63,912 bases of DNA, from positions 1-63,912 of the forward strand of contig DUDF01000145.1 of assembly GCA_012959435.1 (NCBI GenBank), in the 5' to 3' direction. Under the pieces are notes generated by a model that did not search any database, had not been told where the DNA came from, and saw only the letters and a program-made list of their open reading frames with translations. The stretch comes from Candidatus Poseidoniales archaeon (GTDB lineage: Archaea > Thermoplasmatota > Poseidoniia > Poseidoniales > Thalassarchaeaceae). Positions 45,592 to 55,766 of the stretch are shown piece after piece. The stretch's first letter is position 1; every line of letters begins with the position of its first letter. The position numbers and the translations under genes were made by a program.

Positions 45592-46929
45592 TTGACTGTG
45601 GCCAAAGATGTGTGGATTGGTGATGTACATGATGGCACCTATGATGGCAAAGAAGTTGAGTTGAAAGGATGGGTGCATCGGACCCGTGGTTCAAACAATA
45701 TCTGGTTCCTTGTATTACGTGATTCTACTGGGATTATTCAGTGTGTAATCAAGAGAAATGATGTTGGCGATGATTGTTTTGAAAATTTGAAAAGCGCATT
45801 GATTGAAGCGAGTGTGACTATCACCGGTAAAATCAATGTCGATGAAAGAGCCCCTGGTGGCCATGAAATGGTGGTTACAGGTGGCCAAATTATCGGGGCT
45901 GTGAATGCTGACCGCCCATTTCCAATTACTGAGTCAGCGATGGAAGGTGCTGAAGGCGGGGAAACCGAATTCTTGTTGGACAACCGCCATCTCTATCTGA
46001 GAACTAATCGAATGACAACAATGTTGAAAATCCGTTCTTCGGTTTTTGGAGCCATTCATTCTTACTTTAGGGAACTCGACTTTATTGAGTATCACGCACC
46101 AAATTTTGTTGCTGGCGCTGTTGAAGGCGGTTCAACTCTGTTTGAAGTCCCATATTTTGGGCGAAAGGCGTATCTCACCCAATCATGGCAACTATACGCC
46201 GAAGCGGCAATGCCTGCGCTTGAAAGACTATACACGATTGCACCATCATTCCGAGCTGAAAAAAGTAGGACTAGACGCCACTTGACAGAATTTTGGCATG
46301 CTGAAATGGAAATTGCTTGGGGAGGTAATGCAGATATTATGGAGCATGGAGAGTCGTTAGTCCGTAACATCGCCTCGACCTTACTTGACGAACGCTCTGA
46401 TGAATTGCAAACCCTTGGCAGAGATTTAGACCTCGTTGCACGATATGCTGACAATCCTTATCCAAGAATTAGATACGATGAAGCAGTTGAAACACTACAA
46501 GGAATGGGTGTTGATATTGAATGGGGACAAGATTTGGATTATTCGAAAGAAAAAATTCTAACCCAAGATTTTGATGTGCCTCATTTCCTCACACACTACC
46601 CTAGAATTGCAAAGCCGTTCTACCATCGGCCGGACCCAGATGACCCGAAGTATGTCCTATGCCATGATCTCCTAGCACCCGAAGGTTATGGAGAGATAAT
46701 CGGAGGAGGCGAGCGCACCTGGAGTGAAAAAGAGATTCTCGAGCGCATCGATGAGGAAGGAACTCCACGCGATGCATACGAATTTTACATTGACGTGCGA
46801 CGATATGGTGGCGTTCCACACGGTGGATTTGGACTGGGTGTTGACAGAGTATGCTCTTGGTTAGCAGGTGCAGACCATATCCGTGAAGTGATCCCTTTTC
46901 CACGCGACTCACGAAGAGTCACACCTTGA
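45592..46929 (+). CDS. asnS: Asparaginyl-tRNA synthetase (class IIb; the AsnRS versus AspRS call is by motif resemblance)
   Basis: N-terminal OB domain. Motif 2 FRAEKSRTRRHLTEFWHAEMEIAW, then LAPEGYGEIIGGGER, and motif 3 GGFGLGVDRVCSWLAGADHIREVIPFPRD. Confidence 0.85.
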   Translation: MTVAKDVWIGDVHDGTYDGKEVELKGWVHRTRGSNNIWFLVLRDSTGIIQCVIKRNDVGDDCFENLKSALIEASVTITGKINVDERAPGGHEMVVTGGQIIGAVNADRPFPITESAMEGAEGGETEFLLDNRHLYLRTNRMTTMLKIRSSVFGAIHSYFRELDFIEYHAPNFVAGAVEGGSTLFEVPYFGRKAYLTQSWQLYAEAAMPALERLYTIAPSFRAEKSRTRRHLTEFWHAEMEIAWGGNADIMEHGESLVRNIASTLLDERSDELQTLGRDLDLVARYADNPYPRIRYDEAVETLQGMGVDIEWGQDLDYSKEKILTQDFDVPHFLTHYPRIAKPFYHRPDPDDPKYVLCHDLLAPEGYGEIIGGGERTWSEKEILERIDEEGTPRDAYEFYIDVRRYGGVPHGGFGLGVDRVCSWLAGADHIREVIPFPRDSRRVTP

Positions 46930-46962
46930 GAGTTAAGACATAAACAACTTGATTTTAGGTTG

Positions 46963-47259
46963 TCACATTAGAGGCGAGTCGAACCCTTCATCTAACGGGT
47001 CTGGTAAAGCAGACTCTGACAACTGAGAACTGCTGGATGTTGTTTGTTCAGTTTTGAAAGATGTGACTGACTCATGTTTTTCATTGGATTCTGGTGCTGA
47101 TAATACAATAAAACTGAACATCCCAATAAACAAAATCAGTAAAACGGCAAATGCCTCTTGAGATATTCCACCAGCATCTTGAGTTTTCAATGCAACTACT
47201 AGCAACATTAGGCAGACAACAAGCAAGGCTGGTGCGAGGCGGCGCCACTGCATAAGCAA
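46963..47259 (-). CDS. Small membrane protein (98 aa)
   Basis: Two hydrophobic segments (LAPALLVVCLMLLVVAL, FAVLLILFIGMFSFIVL) and an S/E-rich tail. No family recognised. Confidence 0.4.
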   Translation of the reverse strand: MLMQWRRLAPALLVVCLMLLVVALKTQDAGGISQEAFAVLLILFIGMFSFIVLSAPESNEKHESVTSFKTEQTTSSSSQLSESALPDPLDEGFDSPLM

Positions 47260-47304
47260 CCGATTCGCCGGCCACTTGATGAACCCAACCCATCTGCGAC
47301 TCTC

Positions 47305-47946
47305 ATGGACTTCAATGTTGATACAGGGCGCAGACGAGCAGAGGGCTCCTGTACTGGTTGGTTGATGACATCAGTAGCACCATGGGGTGATACAAAAGAA
47401 GATGCTTTTGACCAATGTTTAGTTGAATTAGGCCTTGGTGATTCAAGACTCATACGCATGGAAGGTGCAATGCTGCCAATGGGATTTGAACCATCACCTC
47501 CAGAAGATCTTGCAATGGGTTCTCTTGTGGAATGCCATATTGCGGAGTCATACACATACAATGGAGGCATAGCATCAGCAGGTGTTGCATGGGCACAATG
47601 CGTCACTCCTGAAGGTGACGAATGTTCAATCGTTGCAACACTATCAACTGACCAATCATACGAAGAAACAGAATTGATGCTCAAAATGAATTTGAAGCGG
47701 AAATTGGCATCTCGTGACCTTGAAGTGGTAAAACATGAAATCGCGGTTGATGAAGTAAATGCGGCTAAGGACCACCATGGTTGTGCTCTAGCAGCACTAA
47801 TCTTACCAGACACCATGCAGATGCAATCGGGACCTGTTGGAAGGGTCAGAGGCGGACTCACGAAGAGTGCTGATGCAGGTTTCACTCCAGGTGCTGGAGC
47901 GAGCCGCCCCTCAAAAAGAACGAATAGCGGTGACTTCTCTTTCTAA
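47305..47946 (+). CDS. Pyruvoyl-dependent arginine decarboxylase (PdaD)-like protein lacking the Ser-Ser processing site
   Basis: Aligns by eye to my recollection of the PdaD pattern (..AFD.AL..AGIG..NLIRISSIMPP..): EDAFDQCLVELGLGDSRLIRMEGAMLPMG, GGIASAGVAWAQ, HHGCALAALIL. EG sits where the SS should be. Confidence 0.55.
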   Translation: MDFNVDTGRRRAEGSCTGWLMTSVAPWGDTKEDAFDQCLVELGLGDSRLIRMEGAMLPMGFEPSPPEDLAMGSLVECHIAESYTYNGGIASAGVAWAQCVTPEGDECSIVATLSTDQSYEETELMLKMNLKRKLASRDLEVVKHEIAVDEVNAAKDHHGCALAALILPDTMQMQSGPVGRVRGGLTKSADAGFTPGAGASRPSKRTNSGDFSF

Positions 47947-47962
47947 TTATGAGGACCCGTTA

Positions 47963-48412
47963 ATGACTGAAGAACCGCGAGTATTTTTGGTAATTCGTTG
48001 CATATCTTGTGAGCGGCATTTTGGTAGTTTAAGAAATGACAAATCATTCTTATGCCCGGGATGTGGTGAGCATGGAGAATACCCCGTAGTTGGGCGCGCA
48101 AAAAATAGTGGAGACCTTAGGGAAAAGGTATCTCTTGCCAATGTACCTCCAGAACTAAGGGATGAAATGAAGCGGAAAATCAAGGCAGATGATTATCAAG
48201 ATTACCAAGAAGATAGTGCCTCTGCACCTGCTCTGCTAAAACTTCTGAGTAACCTAGTTGACGAGGATGGAAAGCTCAACATTGCCACAGTTCAAAATGA
48301 GTTGAATAGAAGACGGATAGTGCTACCTGATGCTCAAGAATTGATTGATATGGCAGAATCTCAAGGATTACTAATGCGTGATACCACAACGGAATGGAAG
48401 TGGCTTGAATAA
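47963..48412 (+). CDS. Zinc-ribbon protein with a C-terminal helical (wHTH-like) domain
   Basis: ATG at 47963. CISCERHFGSLRNDKSFLCPGCGEHG (CxxC...CxxC). No family recognised. Confidence 0.55.
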   Translation: MTEEPRVFLVIRCISCERHFGSLRNDKSFLCPGCGEHGEYPVVGRAKNSGDLREKVSLANVPPELRDEMKRKIKADDYQDYQEDSASAPALLKLLSNLVDEDGKLNIATVQNELNRRRIVLPDAQELIDMAESQGLLMRDTTTEWKWLE

Positions 48413-48450
48413 ATAGGTTCTTGAAAGGTAGGCAGGTCGAAGCGTTGTTG

Positions 48451-48525
48451 GGGCCCGTGGGTTAGCCTGGCCTATGCTTGGGCGTTTGGGACGCTTAGAC
48501 TCCGGTTCAAATCCGGACGGGCCCA
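48451..48525 (+). tRNA. tRNA-Pro (anticodon UGG)
   Basis: GGGCCCG...GGGCG-TTTGGGA-CGCTT...TCCGG-TTCAAAT-CCGGA-CGGGCCC-A. G37 follows the anticodon. The D-stem is imperfect. Confidence 0.85.
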
Positions 48526-48539
48526 TCTCTATTTTGTAT

Positions 48540-49475
48540 TCAGATTCTATTGAGCCGGCGCGCTACTTCATTTTGGTCCAATTTCCAAGTAACTGCCAAC
48601 AAGCCAAATAATGCTGGAATTAGCGCTAATGAAGGTGGGTCAAGCAAAACCAGCATCGGTAATGTGAGTAGTAGCAATAACGACGCAAACCACGTTGAAG
48701 ATACTGCAAGTCGTGAAGTAATCGGGGTTTTCCCTTCGCCTCTAACATACCAATCCCATCCCCTACGCCATAACCCCGTTAACAGTAGAAACGAAATTTG
48801 TGGCAAAAACTTGAAGACTTTAATCCCCGACTTTTCGTCACGATAAACTGATTTTACCGGTACTGATTCAAAAGGTATTGAATCAGCACCAATATTGAGT
48901 AACCACCAATTTGGATATCCATATCCTTGCCACTCGCTAACCCAATCCCATTGCCGCAATGCATCAACAGTAACTGCAGTGTAACCACACTGTGGGTCAT
49001 TCACCTCACGACCACTAGCGAGAGAGGTTAGTTTTCCCAACACCCATGAGCCAAGACGCCTATTTTTCGGCATCTCCCCTAACCCTTCGTGGTGTGAGAA
49101 ACGATCACCCTTGACAAACGGCACTCTTGTCAAAGGAGCGAGTAGATTGTCAATATCCAGTGGGTCCATTTGTCCATCACCTGCCATTACCACAACCGCC
49201 CAGTCACTAGTGCTAACATTATCAGCGTCCAACTGAGAAATCACCTCTGCGTAACCTCGAGCGATTGCCCCTCCTACTCCAAGGCCAGTGGTTTTGACGA
49301 TTTTCCCAAACTCAGGAAGTACTGAGGTGGCCTTTTGATATGTCAAATCCGTTGAGCCATCATCTACTACTATCAGTGAATCTACCCATGGTGGTACGGA
49401 TTTGATTGCTGACTCTATTTGCAGTTGTTCATTGAATGCAGGCATTACTACTGCCACCCGCCATCCGTTGCGCAT
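48540..49475 (-). CDS. Family-2 glycosyltransferase with C-terminal TM helices
   Basis: VAVVMPAFNEQLQI, LIVVDDGSTD, MAGDGQMDP (DxD-like) and C-terminal TM segments. Confidence 0.8.
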   Translation of the reverse strand: MRNGWRVAVVMPAFNEQLQIESAIKSVPPWVDSLIVVDDGSTDLTYQKATSVLPEFGKIVKTTGLGVGGAIARGYAEVISQLDADNVSTSDWAVVVMAGDGQMDPLDIDNLLAPLTRVPFVKGDRFSHHEGLGEMPKNRRLGSWVLGKLTSLASGREVNDPQCGYTAVTVDALRQWDWVSEWQGYGYPNWWLLNIGADSIPFESVPVKSVYRDEKSGIKVFKFLPQISFLLLTGLWRRGWDWYVRGEGKTPITSRLAVSSTWFASLLLLLTLPMLVLLDPPSLALIPALFGLLAVTWKLDQNEVARRLNRI

Positions 49476-49571
49476 TAATTCGGTGGCGGCGGAGACGGTC
49501 TTTCAATGAGTTCCACCTTTTTGCCACTTAACAAGGCGAATCATTAACCCTTAGACCGGCGCGACGAAGAG

Positions 49572-50417
49572 TTGGGAAGCATGCGATTAGTGTTTGTTGC
49601 TCGGGAACAATCGCTTCGCCTCGGCTCTGCTGTTAGCCGAGGTATTGATTTTGTAGACGAGGTCGTTGTCATCTCCTTGGGTGAAGATGAAAAACAACGT
49701 GAGATGGTTGAGAAAGCAGGGGGGATATTTGTGGTCCATGATGGCCCACCTCATGCTCCAAGCATAGCTCGCACCCTACTTGCAATGGACTTGCCTGAAA
49801 CTGATAATACAGTTGCAATCGGACTAGACAAGGATTGGAAACTGAAGAACCTCCCGCGGCACATTGCTCTAGCTCGTAGCCGAAATGACATCTATATCGC
49901 CTTCAAACATAGAAGCGTAAATCAACGTACTGAGAACGTCCCTGATTCAAATGAAGTGATTACAATCGCTTCGTATTCATATGAAGATGCTGCGATTTCT
50001 GTTTGTGCCTTCACCAAAGACGGGTTACGAGCACTCTCAAAAGCGAATGATAGTGGCAAGCCTGCTGATCTCCCGCGCGAACTTAGAGTTAGAATTATTG
50101 AATTGGATCACACGCCAGTTCGCAAAGAATTGGAATCGTTGACAAGTGCCTCGCGTTTTGCACAACTATTCTACTGGATGCTTGAATCTAAACACCCTCT
50201 TATTGTTCTTGGAATGCCTGGTATTATTTTCTTCACTGTAGGGTACAAGATGGCCACTGCATTGATTGATGTTGGCGGTCCCCATGATACTGTCGGCATT
50301 GGGGTTGCATTAGCGGCCTTCGCTGTCACCTTCATAGGCGTACTCTCTTTGGTTTCAGGCCTAGTGCTCTACATACTTGGAAAACAAATTGACAAAGTTC
50401 AACTTGAGTATTCTTAG
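49572..50417 (+). CDS. GT2-like membrane protein with a degenerate catalytic region
   Basis: The C-terminal half (FAQLFYWMLESKHPLIVLGMPGIIFFTVGY...LSLVSGLVLYILGKQI) parallels the C-terminus of the GT2 at 31016..31963. I could not identify the N-terminal DxD and acceptor motifs. Confidence 0.5.
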   Translation: MGSMRLVFVAREQSLRLGSAVSRGIDFVDEVVVISLGEDEKQREMVEKAGGIFVVHDGPPHAPSIARTLLAMDLPETDNTVAIGLDKDWKLKNLPRHIALARSRNDIYIAFKHRSVNQRTENVPDSNEVITIASYSYEDAAISVCAFTKDGLRALSKANDSGKPADLPRELRVRIIELDHTPVRKELESLTSASRFAQLFYWMLESKHPLIVLGMPGIIFFTVGYKMATALIDVGGPHDTVGIGVALAAFAVTFIGVLSLVSGLVLYILGKQIDKVQLEYS

Positions 50418-52325
50418 TTAGGCTAAACGGATTGTCTCTAAGTTTGAAGGTGCGACGGTTCGAATCCGGTAAGTCTCATGCAATGCTTTCCGGAACTGAC
50501 TAGATATCTTTGGATCACCATGGTGAACAATAATGAACTTTGGTTTTGGATTCATCTGGTTTACATATTCCATGAGTTGACGTCGGTCTGAGTGACCACT
50601 CATTCCATCAATGATGATTAAATCACACTCGACTCTGACCATTTCAGTTCCCCGGCCCCCATCGCTAATTGGTACATCTTTGAAGCCATCTTTGAGGCGT
50701 CGGCCAAGTGTACCTTCTGCTTGATAACCAACAAAACAAAGGGTGTTGAGGCGTTCTCCACACCAATTTCTCAAGTATTCAATTATCGGGCCACCTGACA
50801 TCATTCCACTAGTTGCTAAAACAATGCAAGGACGTGGGTTGTTGATGATTGATTCTCGTTGGTCTCTACTCTCAACCTTCCTGAACCATTTAGACGAAAA
50901 TGGGTTAGACCCGTCATCTTTCAAGACTGATTGACGTAATTCTTGGTTCAAATAATCAGGATGCATTGCATGAATTGCAGTTGCCTCTTGGATCATTCCA
51001 TCAAGCCAAACTGGAACGGGTTCACACTCCCCAGACTTGAATAATTGGTCAATCGCAATCATCAATTCTTGACTTCTGCCAACTGCGAATACAGGGCAGA
51101 ATACTTTACCACCACGACTTAGAACTCGTTTCATCATATCTTGCAATTCTTGAGTCGCTTCTAACCGCGACGGTTGGAATGATTTTGGCCCACCATATGT
51201 AGATTCAATAACCAATGTTTCTACTCTCGGGAAACGGACATTTGCAGCATCATAAAGCCACGATTTTTCGTATTTAATGTCTCCACTAATTACCAAATTA
51301 TGCAACCCTTCCCCAATATGCATATGCACAGAGGAGGAGCCAAGAATGTGGCCTGCATTATACAGAGTCATCTTAATGTCAGGTGAGATATCAGTAGTTT
51401 GATTCCAATCAACATCTACAACATGTAGCATCATTGTTTGAACATCTTCTAATGTGTAAGGTGGTTGTCTTCCTTCTGACTGGGCTACCTTAATGAAATC
51501 CAATTGCAACAATAGCATTAGGTCACGAGTTGGTGGAGTACAATAAACTGGACCACGATATCCGTACTTGAATAATACCGGTAACATACCGATATGGTCT
51601 AAGTGAGCATGCGTAATCACTACAGCATCAATTTTCTCCGGTGGAAGTAATTCTGGTGCTGAAAAATAAGGCATAGAAGTTTCTTCACGCCCAGGCTTCG
51701 CACCACAATCAATGACTACTCGACTTTCGTTAGTAGTTATCAGATGCATTGCACGACCAACTTCCCCGTATGCCCCTAGAGCAGTCAGCCTAACCCACGA
51801 TTCACCAGGCCTCTTTGGCCGGTAGATGTTGTTTCCAAAACGACGTAACGCCTTCTTACGGTCGGTTGAATTGTCCATTCTGAATCTCCGAATGTCGGTA
51901 GATGTCCTGCTGTCCATACGAGATGAGCGGATTATATTGGTGTGCCACCCGATTTTGTCTCTGACTTCTTTGAGATGTACGCCCCTCTTTCCTACTGCTA
52001 ATGCAGGGTCCTTACACTCAATTGTGCACTCTCCAATAGCAGGGTCAAACCAGATATTCATTACTAGAGAATCTTTTGGAATTGTTTTCTTAATTAATTC
52101 CTGAGCATCTCTTGGATTCATCAAAATAGATTCATGGGGCCTAACGATAATTCGTCTCTTTATCGTCTTAGCCATCTCACCAATCATGGAATTGTTGAAT
52201 TTTTCTGGAGTTTTTGTGACAATCGCTATGCTAGCCGCTTCTAAATCAAATTCATAATCCGCGTCACTAGGCATCATCTCTAGCAACTTCTCTCTGATTT
52301 CCTTAAAGGTCAATCTCATTTTCAC
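50418..52325 (-). CDS. aCPSF1 (KH-domain beta-CASP metallo-beta-lactamase ribonuclease; archaeal termination factor FttA family)
   Basis: 635 aa. N-terminal KH-like region, MBL motif THAHLDHIG, and beta-CASP/C-terminal motifs (GHSDRRQL). Confidence 0.9.
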   Translation of the reverse strand: MKMRLTFKEIREKLLEMMPSDADYEFDLEAASIAIVTKTPEKFNNSMIGEMAKTIKRRIIVRPHESILMNPRDAQELIKKTIPKDSLVMNIWFDPAIGECTIECKDPALAVGKRGVHLKEVRDKIGWHTNIIRSSRMDSRTSTDIRRFRMDNSTDRKKALRRFGNNIYRPKRPGESWVRLTALGAYGEVGRAMHLITTNESRVVIDCGAKPGREETSMPYFSAPELLPPEKIDAVVITHAHLDHIGMLPVLFKYGYRGPVYCTPPTRDLMLLLQLDFIKVAQSEGRQPPYTLEDVQTMMLHVVDVDWNQTTDISPDIKMTLYNAGHILGSSSVHMHIGEGLHNLVISGDIKYEKSWLYDAANVRFPRVETLVIESTYGGPKSFQPSRLEATQELQDMMKRVLSRGGKVFCPVFAVGRSQELMIAIDQLFKSGECEPVPVWLDGMIQEATAIHAMHPDYLNQELRQSVLKDDGSNPFSSKWFRKVESRDQRESIINNPRPCIVLATSGMMSGGPIIEYLRNWCGERLNTLCFVGYQAEGTLGRRLKDGFKDVPISDGGRGTEMVRVECDLIIIDGMSGHSDRRQLMEYVNQMNPKPKFIIVHHGDPKISSQFRKALHETYRIRTVAPSNLETIRLA

Positions 52326-52417
52326 ACCTCGTAGTGTTTACTGTATCCCGCAGTTTACCGGCTTCCTCAAAACAGAGGGTGATGGCAGTTTAACTGCCGG
52401 GAATCTAATGTCAATTC

Positions 52418-53044
52418 TCAAATAGAGTTGATTAGTTTCAACTTTTGTGCTTCAGTGAGTAAAGTAAATCCTTTGTCCATGGTGATAACACAGAGATCCA
52501 TACCATTTCCACTAGCCGCATCTCTTTGAGCTGATGCCAAAAGTGCCTTTGCGGCGACTTTCAATGCCTCATTCTCCGTCATTCCGTCTTTGTATTGGTC
52601 TTCTAAAACCCCGTACATGTATGGTGAACCTGAGCCTGTGGCACAGTAAGTGTCTGATATGGAGCCACCAGCGGAATCGATTGAGTATACATGGCTACCA
52701 TCAACGTCCACTCCTGCAATCAATAATTGAACCCAATAAGGCCTGCCACCGAGAATATTTGCAGTCAGAGTTGAAGCTGCTTCCACCTTCATCATTCCTC
52801 CTCGCTTCATCTCATAAATGGCTATTTCAGCAGCCAAAACACGAGAAAGGACTTGAGCGTGGCCAACTAGACCAGCAGTTGTGAGAGCGATATTATCTGC
52901 AATTGCGAATAGCTTCTGTACATTTTTGTTGGCTACAAAGTGGCCCATAGTTGCTCGGTGATCTGCACCCACAACTACTCCGCCGTCAAAGCATATCCCA
53001 ATAGTACTAGTTCCCGTCTTCAATGCCGTCATCTCTGCGTCCAT
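52418..53044 (-). CDS. psmB: Proteasome subunit beta
   Basis: Short propeptide MDAEMTALKTG followed by TSTIGICFDGGVVVGADHRATMG. Start at 53044 preferred over the tracked 53107. Confidence 0.9.
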   Translation of the reverse strand: MDAEMTALKTGTSTIGICFDGGVVVGADHRATMGHFVANKNVQKLFAIADNIALTTAGLVGHAQVLSRVLAAEIAIYEMKRGGMMKVEAASTLTANILGGRPYWVQLLIAGVDVDGSHVYSIDSAGGSISDTYCATGSGSPYMYGVLEDQYKDGMTENEALKVAAKALLASAQRDAASGNGMDLCVITMDKGFTLLTEAQKLKLINSI

Positions 53045-53212
53045 GTCATTACCTCCCAATCGCCCGTTCTTGAACATTCGCACGAAGCAGAATCCCCGCT
53101 TCGGCATAGAGGGCGAAATATCGGCCCCTTATCAACCCGACTAAACCTAACCACCCACTTACCACATCAAAACAGGAAATTGGTTATGTGGAAAGCCCTT
53201 CACCGATGAATA

Positions 53213-53638
53213 GTGGAAATGACCGAGGATGATAGAGACGGGCCCCGCTGGATTGACATCCCCAGTACCTCTGAAGGCGATATGCCACGCCCAGAACCAG
53301 GGCAACTTTACCATGACTTGGGCTCACTATACCCCGATGCACCGGTGCCTCGGATAGACGGTGAATTAGTCATCCGCAGAGCAGTGTTACACGATGTGAC
53401 TGGTTTAGATGACATATTCAATTGGGCTGCAGAGGGAGAAGTAGTAATTGTTGAATTGGGAAAAATCATAGACAGAGGTTTTGAATTTGAGACTGCAATT
53501 GAACAAATCTCAAACTTCATTGTCAAAGATGTAGGTGGCTCTCTCGTCCAACTTGGGGAAAACCGGGTTCTTGTTCTACCTCCAGGTGTAAGTGGTGTAT
53601 CTGGCCTAGAAAAAGAATCATTCGAACACTCTCCGTGA
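53213..53638 (+). CDS. sepF: SepF-like (DUF552) cell-division protein
   Basis: The C-terminal domain VLHDVTGLDDIFNWAAEGEVVIVELGKIIDRGFEFETAIEQISNFIVKDVGGSLVQLGENRVLVLPPGV fits the SepF/DUF552 pattern. Confidence 0.6.
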   Translation: MEMTEDDRDGPRWIDIPSTSEGDMPRPEPGQLYHDLGSLYPDAPVPRIDGELVIRRAVLHDVTGLDDIFNWAAEGEVVIVELGKIIDRGFEFETAIEQISNFIVKDVGGSLVQLGENRVLVLPPGVSGVSGLEKESFEHSP

Positions 53639-53647
53639 GGTGAAAAG

Positions 53648-54268
53648 GTGGAAAGTGAGATTAATTTACCATGCCCTACTTGTAAGTCAGAAGGTAGTTT
53701 GAAACTCCTATCAATGTCATCTGAAATACCTTACTTTGGTGAGCACACTCAGATCACACTTAGTTGCGATAAATGTGGGATGCGACAAACTGATTTCATA
53801 CCATCAGAAGAACGGGGGGCACTCTCATTCACTTTGTCTATAGAAAAAGATGAGCACTTACAAGCGCGAATTGTAAGGGGTTCTTCTGGCACCGTTAGAA
53901 TACCTGAATTAGATTTAGAAGTATCCCCTGGGACTCAATCCACAGGATACGTTTCAAATGTTGAAGGCGTAGTAAATCGATTTATTGACATCATTCGTAT
54001 GATGATGCGACAAATACGTACTGACATTGAGGGTGGAGAAAATGATGACGAGCAAAATTTAGAGAAATTGTTTCAACTTGAAATGGCTCTAACAGCACTG
54101 GCTAAAGGTGAATTACTTGGCGACCTTTCTCTAGAAATACTTGACCCTAAAGGACATAGCATTATTGGCCACGATGATGCAATCAAAAGGGCATTGTCTG
54201 TTGAAGAGATTGCCCTACTTGACCCCGGCCCAGCGCCCATCATCATGAGTTCAGAAGATGTAAAGTGA
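53648..54268 (+). CDS. ZPR1-type zinc-finger protein
   Basis: CPTCKSEGSLKLLSMSSEIPYFGEHTQITLSCDKCGMRQTD (ZPR1 zinc finger) plus the A-domain-like remainder. Confidence 0.8.
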   Translation: MESEINLPCPTCKSEGSLKLLSMSSEIPYFGEHTQITLSCDKCGMRQTDFIPSEERGALSFTLSIEKDEHLQARIVRGSSGTVRIPELDLEVSPGTQSTGYVSNVEGVVNRFIDIIRMMMRQIRTDIEGGENDDEQNLEKLFQLEMALTALAKGELLGDLSLEILDPKGHSIIGHDDAIKRALSVEEIALLDPGPAPIIMSSEDVK

Positions 54269-54269
54269 A

Positions 54270-55655
54270 CTAAAGACGCGCATCGGCCGCTAAGAAATCA
54301 TCAACAATATGCGCTGTTTGTTGCCGCATCTCACCAAGATGGCTGAGATATTCGCTGGCCTTGTCAATACAAATTTGTTTCATTTGACCTGTGAGAATCT
54401 CTCCAGAGCGGTAACCAGTTTCAACTTCTGCGAGGGCGTCATCATCATCTTCGAAGAAATATCTCAGATATTGGAAAGCAACATCAACATCAGGATCACC
54501 TCCAAGTCGGCGGTGCTCTTCTAGAGTCGATTGCCCACCGGAAAATGAGGATTTGACTTTCTTTTCCATAGTTTGTACATCTTCAGTTAGGAAAATTGTT
54601 GTCTCCGGACGGCTTGATGACATTTTATCCCCAGTCATTCCGATTGCGAATTTATGGTAGGTGCTTGAAGGCTGTAGTAAACCAAGTCCACCCAATGAGC
54701 GCTCTAATTTCAGAAGTTCTGGCCGAATTAAATCTCGGTCTCTGCTAGTGGCTGCTGGAATCTCAATCGAACCGTGTTTCGGATTCGCACGAATGTCACT
54801 GAATCCAATATCACCTAATATTGCCGATAATTTTCCAAACACAGATTGCCGTACACCTTTGTCAATTCTGCCATCTGCGCCTATCCCTAGGGCTTGAGAA
54901 TTTTCATTCTGAACAGAAAGACCGATTACCAAGCCGCCCGATTTTCTAGTATTCACATTGAACCAGTTAGTCTTGCCAGCGAGGCCGCGCGTTAGTCTCA
55001 AGTGAGGATCTTGGTCTACACCAACGGGCACCACAATTGGCCTTAGGCCGCCGTATTCGTCAAGTTGAGGGTGCAAAATGTCACCGGCTTGTACCAATGG
55101 TGCCTGTACATGGGCAAGATTAGTTTCACCTTTGAAACCATAAATTGCTTCAAATTCGGACAAATTTGTTCTCTTCCCAAGAGTAAAACCTAGTCGTTGA
55201 ACTACAGGCCTTGTAGATTGAAAATAAACAGATGTATTTTCGACATCCAAACCCAATGCAGCATAATTTGCCACATACTCTTCTAGAGCTACTCGCCTGC
55301 ATTCATCCAGTGAAAGACCACGCGTGGCGTGGGCTTCTAAATCAGCCACAGCGATTGATACATCTGCACCTTGTTCTTGGAACCATTTTACTTGGTCTAT
55401 TACCATCTTATGACCAAGGTGCATCCTTCCTGATGGCATCAGCCCAGTTAGGACTCCGAATGGATTACCACTAGAGTGAGCATCTAAAATGAGATTTAAG
55501 TCGCGGTGAGCAAATACAATTCCTCTGCGATGCAACATGTGTGGATTGGGTAAAATAGAGTAGTCTACCGTTTCTAGACCAAATTGTTGGATGATTCTAG
55601 CATAGTCAGTGGACTGACTTGATGACCAAGGGTCAATTGAAACGTCTCCTGCCAT
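54270..55655 (-). CDS. trpS: Tryptophanyl-tRNA synthetase (archaeal/eukaryotic type)
   Basis: Class I HIGH-type motif MHLGH and KMSKS-type motif KMSSS. 461 aa. Confidence 0.85.
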   Translation of the reverse strand: MAGDVSIDPWSSSQSTDYARIIQQFGLETVDYSILPNPHMLHRRGIVFAHRDLNLILDAHSSGNPFGVLTGLMPSGRMHLGHKMVIDQVKWFQEQGADVSIAVADLEAHATRGLSLDECRRVALEEYVANYAALGLDVENTSVYFQSTRPVVQRLGFTLGKRTNLSEFEAIYGFKGETNLAHVQAPLVQAGDILHPQLDEYGGLRPIVVPVGVDQDPHLRLTRGLAGKTNWFNVNTRKSGGLVIGLSVQNENSQALGIGADGRIDKGVRQSVFGKLSAILGDIGFSDIRANPKHGSIEIPAATSRDRDLIRPELLKLERSLGGLGLLQPSSTYHKFAIGMTGDKMSSSRPETTIFLTEDVQTMEKKVKSSFSGGQSTLEEHRRLGGDPDVDVAFQYLRYFFEDDDDALAEVETGYRSGEILTGQMKQICIDKASEYLSHLGEMRQQTAHIVDDFLAADARL

Positions 55656-55766
55656 CTGTTCCCCGAACCGGTCTCGTAAGCATCAATGGCATGAATGCTA
55701 CGGCTGTAACGGCACGTAGAGAGTCATTGTTGAAATCAAATATACTAGCCACCCCTCACCTAAGAT

